A DNA stretch of 60,321 nucleotides, the filler included, from Sphacelaria rigidula (Eukaryota): assembly GCA_964200075.2 (NCBI GenBank). It is 9 parts of 9 records of this genome, joined end to end, with 100 filler letters (N's around TTAATTAATTAA, not from the genome) between each part and the next. Parts side by side here need not be neighbours in the genome. Positions count along the whole stretch, not along the records: positions 20,143 to 26,756 come from CAXNAA020019059.1; positions 26,857 to 33,470 come from CAXNAA020019060.1; positions 33,571 to 40,183 come from CAXNAA020019061.1; 6 more parts are not named here. One strand, written 5' to 3'. Positions 25,478 to 36,232 of this stretch are shown here, piece by piece. The translations under genes were made by a program, and so were the position numbers. Positions within the stretch are counted from its first letter, which is position 1. The number at the start of each line of letters is the position of its first letter. The notes below the pieces were generated by a model, which was not told the DNA's origin, did no database searches, and worked only from the letters and a program-made list of their open reading frames with translations.

Positions 25478-25732
25478 CTATTCATGGTCTGTGTGATCAG
25501 CAGCTGCTATACTAACTCCCAAGGAGAATGCCGAGAAATCGTTTTGCGCAATTACATAAGCAGCTGGCTCGGATGAGAACATGAACATAGCAACTATAGG
25601 GGCGTATGCAGAGATGCTAAACACAACCCAGTTCAACACCACATGGGCCTGATAGTCCCACCGCCCGTAGCTAAGCATGATGTAACTCAAGACGTAGCTG
25701 TCATTGACCAAATGAAGCAGGGTGTGCTTTGT
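25478..25732 (-). CDS. Putative terminal exon or decayed ORF of an unknown hydrophobic protein
   Basis: After a CAG acceptor-like site: TKHTLLHLVNDSYVLSYIMLSYGRWDYQAHVVLNWVVFSISAYAPIVAMFMFSSEP...DHE*. Protein-like composition, no family recognised. Confidence 0.35.
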   Translation of the reverse strand, partial: TKHTLLHLVNDSYVLSYIMLSYGRWDYQAHVVLNWVVFSISAYAPIVAMFMFSSEPAAYVIAQNDFSAFSLGVSIAAADHTDHE

Positions 25733-26389
25733 CTGAATCGAAGCTTGTTTGTTTGCTTGTTCAGAGTTGAATGACAGACGATACTTGGTGTCATGCGCGT
25801 TCCAAAATTGTCCATACATGAAGTCGGCACAGCAGCAGTACGTTGTCAGCTGTCAAATTAATCCAGCGCGGGCACCCTTCCTCCAATAGAACGACTTTCC
25901 GCAATAAACTGCTGTCTGTCGATTTGCGGGGTTCCGCAACAGAGCTAAGGCGCGTGTACATCGGATGTCTGTCCGCGTTATTTTGGAGCTTGGTGTACGT
26001 GTTGTGATTTGTCGTCGTGCTGCTTTTTGTACTAGTACAGATATGCTGAATCAATAACTACTACAGGTGACACTCCATCTTCGCACTTGTTTCCAGATCC
26101 ACGCAACCACATTGTTTTCGATGTGAGTGAAACGTGATCGTTATGGGCACAAATACGGACCAAGACCCATTCTTGATGGGCGAGTTGGTTGATCGGTTGC
26201 GACACTGACGGACCCACTACGAATTCAGTAGCGGTGCTGTTGGACTTTCCCAAGGTAAGTGAAAGGAAACCAAAGTTCTGGCTAGAGGATACTTGAGGGA
26301 TAAGGAAGATGACAATACAGAGCGAGAAAAAAGAAAGAAAGCCTGGGGAGCAAAGAAGAAAACAGAAAACGTTATGGACACCAAAATTT

Positions 26390-26756
26390 GCGTTTCAATA
26401 AGAAGGCAGACCCTGATTAACTGGAACCCATGACAGCAGCTGCAGACCGAAATGGCAAGGTGGCAAGTGACCGAGAGGTTCCTACATAACCTCGCCGAAC
26501 AAGAATACCGACCGATCACCACCGCACCGGCGGCCGCAAAAGTGTTTACTGAAGCTATCCTCGAAGCAGCGCAGACAGTCCTCCCGGAAGAGGCACGGAT
26601 ACCACGTATGCCGGAATGGTGTGAAACCCCCGGCACGAGAGCAGCAGTGGACGCAGCGCTCGCCAAACGACGGGAGGCACGCCAACTGATGAAGCATCAC
26701 CGGACTACAGCATCGTGGAAAGCACTCAGAACCGCGTGTAAGAACGTGCGTACAGC
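26390..26756 (+). pseudogene. LINE ORF2 fragment (endonuclease-RT linker, RTE-like)
   Basis: FTEAILEAAQTVLP...PEWCETP...AALAKRREARQ...WKALRTACKNVR has the typical helical linker pattern of LINE ORF2. An in-frame stop lies upstream; cut by the contig end. Confidence 0.7.
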
Positions 26757-28051
26757 NNNNNNNNNNNNNNNNNNNNNNNNNNNNNNNNNNNNNNNNNNNN
26801 TTAATTAATTAANNNNNNNNNNNNNNNNNNNNNNNNNNNNNNNNNNNNNNNNNNNNATACAAGGGTACGCTATCGACGGTGGCGTGGTGATGGCACCGGG
26901 TGCAGGAGAACGAGCGCTACTCTTGCCACTATCACAAGCGATGCACAGATGTGGGGGTAAATATCCGCACACGCGGAAGCCTCTAGGGGTTTGGTCAAAG
27001 GTTCAATTCTACACCTACCTGCCGAACATTCCACACATGTGATGTATCAACCATCTCCAGTATCAAGAGTCATCCATGAGTGTAATGTATTCTGAGGCCG
27101 TCGGACAGGGGTGACGTGTTCGCATGTCGTGAAAACCGGCGAGGGTTGGAGGTGCTCGATTACGCTCGTAGCCCAAACGGTTACTCCAATTACTCATCGT
27201 CAAGGCCATCGATTGGCATCCATTTTTTTGAATCAATCGGCCGCCAAGACGGCAGCTAAAAACTCGGTCAACATTTTTTTTTTATCTCATCGGGATTCGA
27301 GTTTTATAACAAATGAAGTGAAAAAACACATGAGTTTTTTGCTATTTTCTCGATCACCACAACTCCTTTGGTTCTACAATCTTTCCAGATTGTAGCTTGG
27401 ACACATACACGCTCGTGAGTAGCCTAGGTACGTCGTGGTTTGTAGCCCGGGACTACGAAAATGGGAAATCGTCAAGTGGAAACCCCACTCAAATGATAAG
27501 TACTTGGGGGCATTTTACGGCGTGCATAATCAGGGGATGAACGAGATCTTCGGTCTGTTCGTGCTTTTGGTCGGTGACACTTTTTTGGCTCATTTGGGGG
27601 GGTCAGGCGCACCCATAGCAGTGGCAAGCGAAAGATCCTAAGAAAATCGCCAGTTACGAAGAAACAACAAAATGAACAGTTCATGCGCCCAGTACGGTAC
27701 GGTCTACAATACTCCCTCGACAAACGGGTTTTTACCTCGTATTGTTCTGACATTACAAACTTGGGGAAATCTGTCCTGAGCAAGACCTACTTTTTTTCCC
27801 AACACCTACCGCGTCAAACTTGTGTGTGAAACTGAAGAGTTGTCTGCGAGAAATCCTGACCGAGTGAAAATACGAAATTTGAACTTGTACAGTAGAAACC
27901 CCACCACGCGACCGACAGTGACACCTTGAGAGCGAGGCAATTGCGGATATACTCTACATCACGCAAGACGCTGTGCACACCCGCTTATCAGGCGTGAACA
28001 CGGGCTCTCCAAGATAAGAATCAACTGCCTGTACATCAAGTTTCAACTCAC

Positions 28052-28303
28052 CCTTTCCGCTTGCCTAATACTAGCGTTTTCCCGCTGCAGAGAGTACAAC
28101 ACCTCCAGCGTCCGCACATGCTTTGCAAGAAGGGCCGATGCGCCCTTCCCTGCCTGCGGCGCACCAGCCGTACTGCTGGTGGCAACTGCTAAGTTGGAGA
28201 CCGAGCTGTTATTGGAAATATCACAGACATCCATTCCATCACCACTGGCACATTTTTGTGTTCTTCCTGACCCTGGCGCCGCCCCTTTGTTATCATGCTG
28301 CAT
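28052..28303 (-). CDS. Probable first exon of a divergent gene (coiled-coil-like, product unknown)
   Basis: MQHDNKGAAPG...LLAKHVRTLEVLYSLQRENASIRQAER followed by a consensus donor AGG|GTGAGT. The start codon is uncertain. Confidence 0.5.
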
Positions 28304-28618
28304 GGGTCTGGGTTCATGTGCAGCACCGGCTAGGGATATCGTGGATTGCGGAGGGATTACAGTTATTGCGCCGCACAAAACGTTGCTGCGGCGAAATTTA
28401 CACCGTTTGGAGACATATAATGCCAAGTACGTATCTGAGCATCTAAGCTGCAGTGGGGGGGGGGGGGGTGCTGTGCTACTGCTGCCGGGTAGATATGTGA
28501 TCTAGACTACATACATAGGCAACAGCGTCAGTCAACAGGGAGGTGATTGTATTTTGTAAGTTGCTGCTCCTGTCTAAGAGGCATATCGTCGTTTTGGCAC
28601 CTTGGTCGCAGGATCAAG

Positions 28619-31600
28619 ATGAGGGATGTCGAGGACAGGGGTGGTAGTGGTGGCTATTCCCATTCGCATGATCGGCAGCAGCAGCAGCAGCAGCAGCAGC
28701 AGAAAGGGTCCATGCAACTTTTCGTAGCAACTCCCGAGGGGAAGGTAAGAAAGAGCACTAGAAATCTCACCACCGCGCGGTAGTCTGCTGCCGTTTGGAG
28801 TCACCACACCCACGTCGGCAGCAACTCATTTGCCTTTATAGACCAAGTGCCGGTCTGCTCGCACTACTGTGTAGGCCATACGCATTACGTGAGTGGATAT
28901 ATCTATATTTATCTGGATAAACCACGTGCTGGCCTGCTTGCACCGGGCCATATTATTTCCATGAATGGGAATTTCTACGATCGCCCCCCCCCCCAAAGTG
29001 ACTGATTCGGGAAGGCAAAATCTACACGCAAATCGAAAAAAGAAAAGCCGAGTGCAACGAGAAGCTGGGAATTCCCACGCTTGGGTTCGTTTTCGTCGAT
29101 GTCGCTCATACGAGGCACTTCATGCAGCTTGAAACCAAATATCAAGCGCTGTGTGGCCATTCTCTTCGTGACAGTTATGGGCATTTTTTATTTCGTGTGT
29201 GGGGGGGGTATCGTAAAAATACTCTAACAGGACAGGCATGTTTATCCGAAAGCAGAGGAGAAGCTACAGGCCCAACACGGAAACAGCAACTGACTGAGTG
29301 CATTGAGGGAGTAAAAAGAGTCACGATGACGTGTCCACGATACCGCCCTTTTCCCTGTATGTGCGTTCTCGGCGAAATAGATCGACCGTATTATTGCCGC
29401 TAAGAGCGCCTAACCCGTTCATTCTATTTTCCCTATATTATTCCTCTTGTGACGGGTGCTGCGGCAGTCCCTCGTTGTGAGAGATGTCGACTTATCCGCG
29501 GACGTCTCCCAACTACGTCGGACATGGGAAGCTTCTTCATTAATCCCCGCCACAGCGTTCACTACGGGGAGTAGGAAACGCCCTTCATTAGGAAGAGAGG
29601 GGAGTCGTCACCAGACAGGGAGTCCGGGGGGGAGGCGGAGGGCAGAGGCAGGAAATAGCGGCACACCATCAGAGCAAGATTTCCGTCTCGTGTTTGCCGG
29701 GAAAGATTTACTCCCTGGTAAGCCTTTGAGAGAGTATGGATTGGGTCGGGACAGCACCATCCATTTGCTTGAGAGGCTCAAAGGCGGGGCTCAGCTGGGC
29801 AAGGTTGTCAAGGGAAGAAGCCAGGTAGGTGGAAGGGCGTCTTTTCAGCAGTACCTGCTTTGTACATAACTACAGGGAATTCGCGCTTGGGTTTTTCATG
29901 TATTTACGGGGACGCACAAGTCGCGTCGCATCCCCGAACTCTGCTCTGTCTTCTATTCCGCGTTCCGCGTCACTGAATTGTTAAATGTGAAAAACAGAAT
30001 GCGATTGACTTTTTCTACGGTCGGATTCACTTCTTAACGCGTCACTTTTCTACTGCGTTCAGGGGAGACGCTACCGATAAGCGTCACCTTCCAAAGTGTG
30101 AATGAAAGTACATGCAGCGAGGTGCTATTTTCTAGCAACCTATTTTCATTTTTCGAGTCTTGATCGCCCGTTTGAATGTCGGTTGAAGTCATTCAGACCG
30201 TGTTTTGCCGACTGCTACGTTCTCTGGGTGGTCTCAACTCGGAGGGAAGTGTGGCGGAGGAAGTCTTTCTTTCGGCCCCGACCATCGTGGAATCCCCCAG
30301 TTTGTTGCAGTACCGCCGTGCTATCTGCTAGAGAGTAACACTCGTTGTGTCTGATCACCGTTGAATCGACCAGAACACGAACTGTCCTCAACATCCCTAC
30401 GGAAATGGGTCCTAGCATCCTATGCGAACGAAATGATCAGAACTACAGAACGAGAGAGTGATTCTACGGTAGGGATTCACATTTTTTTCTGAGGCTCTGC
30501 ACGGTCGGAGCCTCTGGATGACAAACATCTGGGCATTTTAGTGTGTAGCCTCCGAAACATTTTGGGCTAAGAAGTGCAGCCCTACCGTAGCATTCCTCGA
30601 GGGAGCTTTTACGTGAAGGTGGTAGTATGCACGTTCAAGAGGCTTCGCCTTAGCCAAGGTTCTGACGGTGGGCGCGTTCTTCGCCGCTCTCAGGTTAAGA
30701 AGAAGGGAGCCGAAAAGCCGAAGGAGTATGCAGAGCTGCAGGCCAAGTACGCCAAGATGCAGGAAATGGATATGGCGAGGTGACAGTGGAGTGTACCTTG
30801 CACATTCAGCCTGTGCACGATTGCCAAAAATTGAGATTTTCAGCGGTATTACAGCAAAGCGCACTCCCTCCTCGACGTCCGGCGACACCGAAAACAAAAC
30901 TGCAACTGCATTTGACGTGGGCATATGCTAGGTCGAGAACGGTTACTCGACCCCGTTTTTTTATCAGTTGGGGCGAGCGCTGAATTCCTTACCTTCAGAA
31001 AAATACGTATGGTATATGTAGCTCCAGTTGGTTACCGTGGTATTGTCGTGCAAAACTGCGCGGTAATCTGCAAGCATTGTACATCCTGCAGCCATCCGGA
31101 CCCCGCGGTGCGGACCGTTGCTTGCCATAGCTTTTCGCTCTCACTTTTTGTTTCCCCGCGTGAGTGACTGACTCAACTCAGCTCCCCCTCGGCTGTATAG
31201 GAAAATGACTGACATTGTCCGGGGAGGTGAGTCAACCAGGGTTCGCGTAGCTTGTCGGCAATAAGTGTCGGCGAAATTAGATACCTTATTAGGCTGTTGG
31301 GAGGGGGAGGATAAGCAAAAAATTCCGTCGTTTGTACACCTGTTCTATCTCGCTAAGACACGAAATCCACGGACATCGCAATCTCGTTGGTATCGCGCAT
31401 TGCAGTACTTGACACCACACACACGTACACGCACGCGCGACCCCTCCCCACACACAAGCATCCAACTCAAAAGTAACATAAATACATACATGTCTATGTA
31501 TATTTACCACGTCACGCATACCCGCCCTCCTGCACGCGATAGAGACGACCACTCTCCCCCAATCGATATGGTTCGATGTGTCAGGCAACAAGCCACGGCG

Positions 31601-32756
31601 GCCAAGGCTGAGCTCAAACGTCGAATCGAACAGGAAGAGAAGAACAGCAAAATGAATCGTCTTAAGATCCAGAACCAGTGGCGGAAGATCATGCGCCTGG
31701 CCAAGGTAAGCTGCTTACTGCAAAATTGCATGGGTCGCCCTCGCTGCTTGCATCGGGAGACAAAAACAGGAGGAAAAGGGTTAGTCATGCGTTCATCGCT
31801 GGCCAACATTTCAGAACGATTAAAAGAGGAGCAGAGGTAGCCGCTTGGGATACAGGGGAGAAGCAGATTTTGCCACTGAGAATAGGGTCAGTGGCAGCGT
31901 ACAGACAAATATTTGCACGATACCCAGCAATTCTGATTCCATGATTTCATCAGAGATGGCAACAGACGGGAGTTGTTCTATTTTCCTGAACGCTTTCTCT
32001 GCTTTCTCACAGGAGGATTGGTATGTCTCATTGTGTCCATCACTAGTACTCTACTGGGATATTCCAGTACGGCACCTGACGTTTTGGCGTAGGCTGCATC
32101 TCCAACTACTGTACCGCACAACGTTGCGGCCATTTTCGGATCGAGGGCGTGTAGATACCCTGAAGATATTCAAGGAGATGGAGAGACTGAGCAGGAGAAC
32201 GAAGCGCTCAACTTGCTTGCCTGTACGCAAAATGGCGACAAACCGGTGCAAATGATGGGAAATAAATATTTCACAGGATATCGTTGGCAATTCCCATATG
32301 GTGGGCCCGGAGGAGGGGCGCACCAAACCACGTTGCACTTCCATTTTGGGCTTCTTGAGTCGAACGCGGGCAAATCTTTCCACATGACTGTCGCTATGAA
32401 TTAGTCGTTGTCTCGGACAATGCATAAACGAATCTGCTGCTTGTTATCCCTTGCTCTTTGCCCCATTTCTTCTCCCCCTTGTTTTCGCCTTGTTTTCCAT
32501 CTTGTCTTTTTCCAATCTTGTTTACTTGTTTTGTGTCTTCTTCTCGTACTCGTTCTCGTCCTTGTTGTTCTTCATCTTGTCTTTTCCTCAATCTCGTCCC
32601 TTCGTATGCTGTCGCTCTTTTCGTCGCGCGTGCATTTTATTGTCTTGGAAGGTGGAAAGCCTGCGCAAAGATATCGAGGTGTTGTCCCAGAACCACGAGC
32701 GAGATGTGGACCGGAAGGATGCTATTATCCAGATGTTGGACCGTGATCTTGAAGAG
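28619..32756 (+). CDS. DRC2: Dynein regulatory complex subunit 2 (CCDC65/NYD-SP28 family) with an N-terminal ubiquitin-like domain; 5 exons, 3'-incomplete
   Basis: Exons 28619-28744, 29468-29824, 30694-30779, 31585-31705, 32652-32756; all GT-AG with phases 0, 0, 2, 0 consistent. Exons 4-5 ([59 protein letters not shown]) match the conserved DRC2/CCDC65 N-terminal region. DRC2 identity is high confidence; the join to exons 1-2 is somewhat less certain. Confidence 0.85.
28712..29788 (+). other. Ubiquitin-like domain split over exons 1-2, ending in Gly-Gly
   Basis: [18 protein letters not shown]...[36 protein letters not shown] aligns with ubiquitin MQIFVKTLTGK...[36 protein letters not shown]. 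The GG codons are at 29783-29788. Confidence 0.9.
28967..29224. mobile_element. Diverged copy of the 4239-4491 MITE, in intron 1 of UBL-DRC2
   Basis: Internal homology (CCCACGCTTGGGTTCGTT...CTTCATGCAGC.TGAA) and degenerate TIRs (TTTCTACGAT.GCCCC / GGGGTATCGTAAAAA). Confidence 0.75.
30456..30598. mobile_element. 143-bp Sola2-like MITE in intron 2 of UBL-DRC2
   Basis: Termini GAGTGATTCTACGGTAGGG / CCCTACCGTAGCATTCCTC; flanks GAGA/GAGG. Confidence 0.65.
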
Positions 32757-34129
32757 GTGAAGGGTAGCGCTGCTTCGCGCAGATGAACGGGAAAAGAGCC
32801 AGCGCGAGCAGTATTGCCTATGTGTATCGAAATTAATTTTCAAAGCAAAAGGGCAACCACAAAAACGCGCAGACGAGTCTGTTTGAGTCGCACGGTGCGT
32901 TAGTGTGTAACCCGAGCTCATTTTCTGCAGAGAACCAGCTGTTACATGTCGAATAATAATTCAGTTATTCATTGCGGGTGTTTTCGCGTTAGCCACGAAC
33001 AGTACAAAGTTAGGTGCTGCAATGACTCAAGAGTTGTGCTCGACATGGCTGGAGACAGTGAAGACGCTCGTGGTCAGTTACTGGTTGCGGTACACAGACA
33101 GTGGGTGAACGCATATATTCCCGGTGAAGTTTCATCATATTCTCGTACCGTTTGCTCCCGGCAATCGTGGATGCCTCGCTGCTGAAATTTTCTGCTGCTG
33201 TTGCAGTACTTTTCCAAACTGTTCGTGAGGCAAGTGCGACGGTGCCACTGTGGTGCACATATTTTTGTTTTCGATTGTAACACATCAAGCGACCCCCGAG
33301 AAATCTAGCCACGGTCATTGTCTACAACATTAACGTGCCTGAGGTAAACAATGCAAAAACACGCACTAAAGAACCCCCCCCCCCCCCCCCCCCCCCCCCC
33401 ACCCACATCAGACACAGCAACCGAAAGCACGACCAACAAAGAACGACAACCCACCACACACGCGCAACTCNNNNNNNNNNNNNNNNNNNNNNNNNNNNNN
33501 NNNNNNNNNNNNNNTTAATTAATTAANNNNNNNNNNNNNNNNNNNNNNNNNNNNNNNNNNNNNNNNNNNNATTCCATCTCCTCCGTACTTTATAAACTTA
33601 TTCGCTATTCCGTCTGCCCCTGCTGCCTTTCTGTTCTTGACTTAAAGTGGGCGGGCATCTCGACATTAGTCTTGTGCGCAAAAAGTGCACCCCAACCGTA
33701 GCATTGCTCCTACGCAGGTAGCATGTGCATGCATATCCATCGCACGCTGCAGTGTGTCTTCTAGGTACGACGGTTCGTCCACTATTTATCGGAGTTCAGT
33801 TTTAGCATAACATGAACGTCATTAATAACGTGAGGAACATCGTACGTGGTAGGTATGTGCCAAGTGTGGCGGGCTCACCTCCCAAGATTTACATGGAAAG
33901 TTAATTCACCGGGGCGCTTCGTGACTGTGCGCCTTCGCGGTAGTACCGTAAAAATTCGCAAAAAAAACACTAAAATACAGTACAATCCCGCGGTATCACG
34001 AGGTCGTATATTTTCACTCACCGTGGAGACCCGCCCCGGGAACCTCTGGTATCACGCATTTCATACATGGCACATTACTGGTATACCACATCGTACCGTG
34101 CCGTATATCGCGACAACTGCAAGGCAAGA

Positions 34130-34398
34130 GAGAGATGCTACGATAGGGTCTGCACTTTTGGGGCCAAAACCGGCCTGAGAGCCACGAGAGTAATGTTCCA
34201 TCGNNNNNNNNNNGTTCCATCGAGAACATTGTGACCTCCGCCCGAACCTCAGACTGGAATTATCTCATGGGTCATGGAATGCATCTTCCACCCTGAGGCT
34301 CTATAAGAACTGTGGTGGGAGTCAAAGGTAATTCGACATGCCTAGATCCTGATTTCCTCTCAGGCCGCAAAAGCGCAGACGCTATCGCAGCATCACTC
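34130..34398. mobile_element. Second full copy of the 11299-11545 MITE
   Basis: Highly similar along its whole length; perfect 4-bp TSD AAGA; contains a 10-N scaffold gap. Confidence 0.9.
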
Positions 34399-36232
34399 AA
34401 GAGTAACGTAAATCTCTCCTGCTGATCTAACCGCTATGCCTCAACCGTAATATCCATCGCATGGCATACAACCATCGTTTCTTCTCCACAGCTCCGGTGT
34501 ATTTCCGTGTATCGTAGTTTTGCAGTTACCCAGTCAATTCGGATTGACGGTTGCAGCTTTCATGATTCGCCGTATGTTTTGCAATGCATGTCGCAATTTC
34601 ATACGACACGAGTGCTTCTTTAGTTTACTTCCACCCTTTGATTTCATATTCGAGTTGTCGTTAGTTTCAAGAGAAGCACTGTAATAAGCTGAACCGGCCA
34701 AGAAAACGGAGTTTTCCAGCACCACCACGCTGAGCTCAATTTGTCGAGTTTGGACCTGAAACTTTGACCCGTGATTGACGAGGAACTTGCTGCTGACACA
34801 TTCTCCGGGTGCGCTCTGCTTGTAATATTCCCTGTCCCCACTCACCTTGGAGTTTTCATCCATTGAAATCCTCCAGTTGGTCGTACTCGGCAAAAAGGGG
34901 GATGGAATTGCGGTACGTGTCGGCGAACTCCTTGCAAATCATGTGTCGAAATTCCTGGCCTCAACTCGTGAAACTGAGCACAGCATGACCACGTTTGCAA
35001 ACATTTGCACCAAGTTCGTTCTTCAAATAAACTTACACTCAAAAGAGTAACCGAATACTCGCAGTGGTATACGATACTCGCAACAGGGTTTTCGGGTTTC
35101 AGCTATAACCTTCTAACGACGATGAAGCACGGAATGAAGCGTTGGCCACGTTGTTCTCGCCTCGGGAGGTACACGCTCAAAACGTTTGGGCAAAGTTGAA
35201 AAAATCTCGTATTGAACCATTTCTGAAAAGCCGACATAAAAGACGAACACGATCACAGTTCAAACACGGATACGCGAGTTTCACGACACCAAGTTGGCGC
35301 GTTTCACCAGGTCGCCGTTGATTCACTCACTTACAACGCGCACATGAACGCAGACAGTTGGGGGGTTGTTTGCACACGGTCCAGTATTGGCGTACACTAC
35401 CCGGGCTCTTCCATTTCAACGGGCAGTTGCACATAAAACTCCACGTTTTTGCGATTTCCATACACCAATTCTGAGTCGGCCATGGTCAAAAGGCATCTTA
35501 TTACCGAAGCACATACACTTCTACATCGGGCATGCCGACAACGACAACCGCGATTCACCGCGGTAGGGTACCAAGGTATTACCGTGGCGACCTCAATAAT
35601 TTGATTTCACCGAGTCGGTACCACAGTCGTTCATCCCCATACCGCACCATACAGCGTTTTGGATAAGCCAGATACCGCGGTGCCGAGCGATACCATGATA
35701 ACAAAATGCAAGCCCGTGTCGCACTGTACCCCACTTGACATGTGCCGTACGCCCCGTACAGCAGTAACACCGCGATAGTCAGCTATCCTACTGTGCAACT
35801 ACTTCTCAAATGTACGTACCCAGGCAAACCCTGCACAGTTTGCCCCCATGTATAGGTATGTGATTCCGGCATTACATTTCCTTAGCTTGGTAGAGTTGGG
35901 CCTACAAAAACACCAAGCTGTGGAGATGACGTTACTATAAGATACCCCAATGTTTTACAACATGTACCCTCATCCACAGCCTCGCATGTTATGTGTCGTA
36001 CTAATTATGACGTCATGATTTTTTGTCAATGTTAGCTCACATGGAGCGGTGACTCAGTCAGGTCGTAGCTGGGTTCTTCGCCTCATCCCCCCTACTCGGT
36101 CAATTTGGACCATAAGCCCAACATATACGATGAGAGCTCGACACCTTGTCCCTCAGGGAAAGAACTTGACCTCGATGTCCGTTCATCGCGGATCCGTGAG
36201 CCGTTACGGTAGACTGCTACAGCTTCATCATT

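Noticed and set aside
29456..29869. Stand-alone ubiquitin-like gene
   Set aside because: It lacks the first beta strand (supplied by exon 1), has no ATG start, and has a strong donor CAG|GTAGGT at 29824 in phase with the DRC2 exon. Disfavoured but not excluded without RNA data.
34195..34222. 9-bp duplication GTTCCATCG around a 10-N gap
   Set aside because: The paralog at about 11364 has a single copy; this is an unmerged scaffold overlap.
35084..35833. hAT-like element with CAGGGTTT/AAACCCTG ends
   Set aside because: Only an 8-bp match and no 8-bp TSD.
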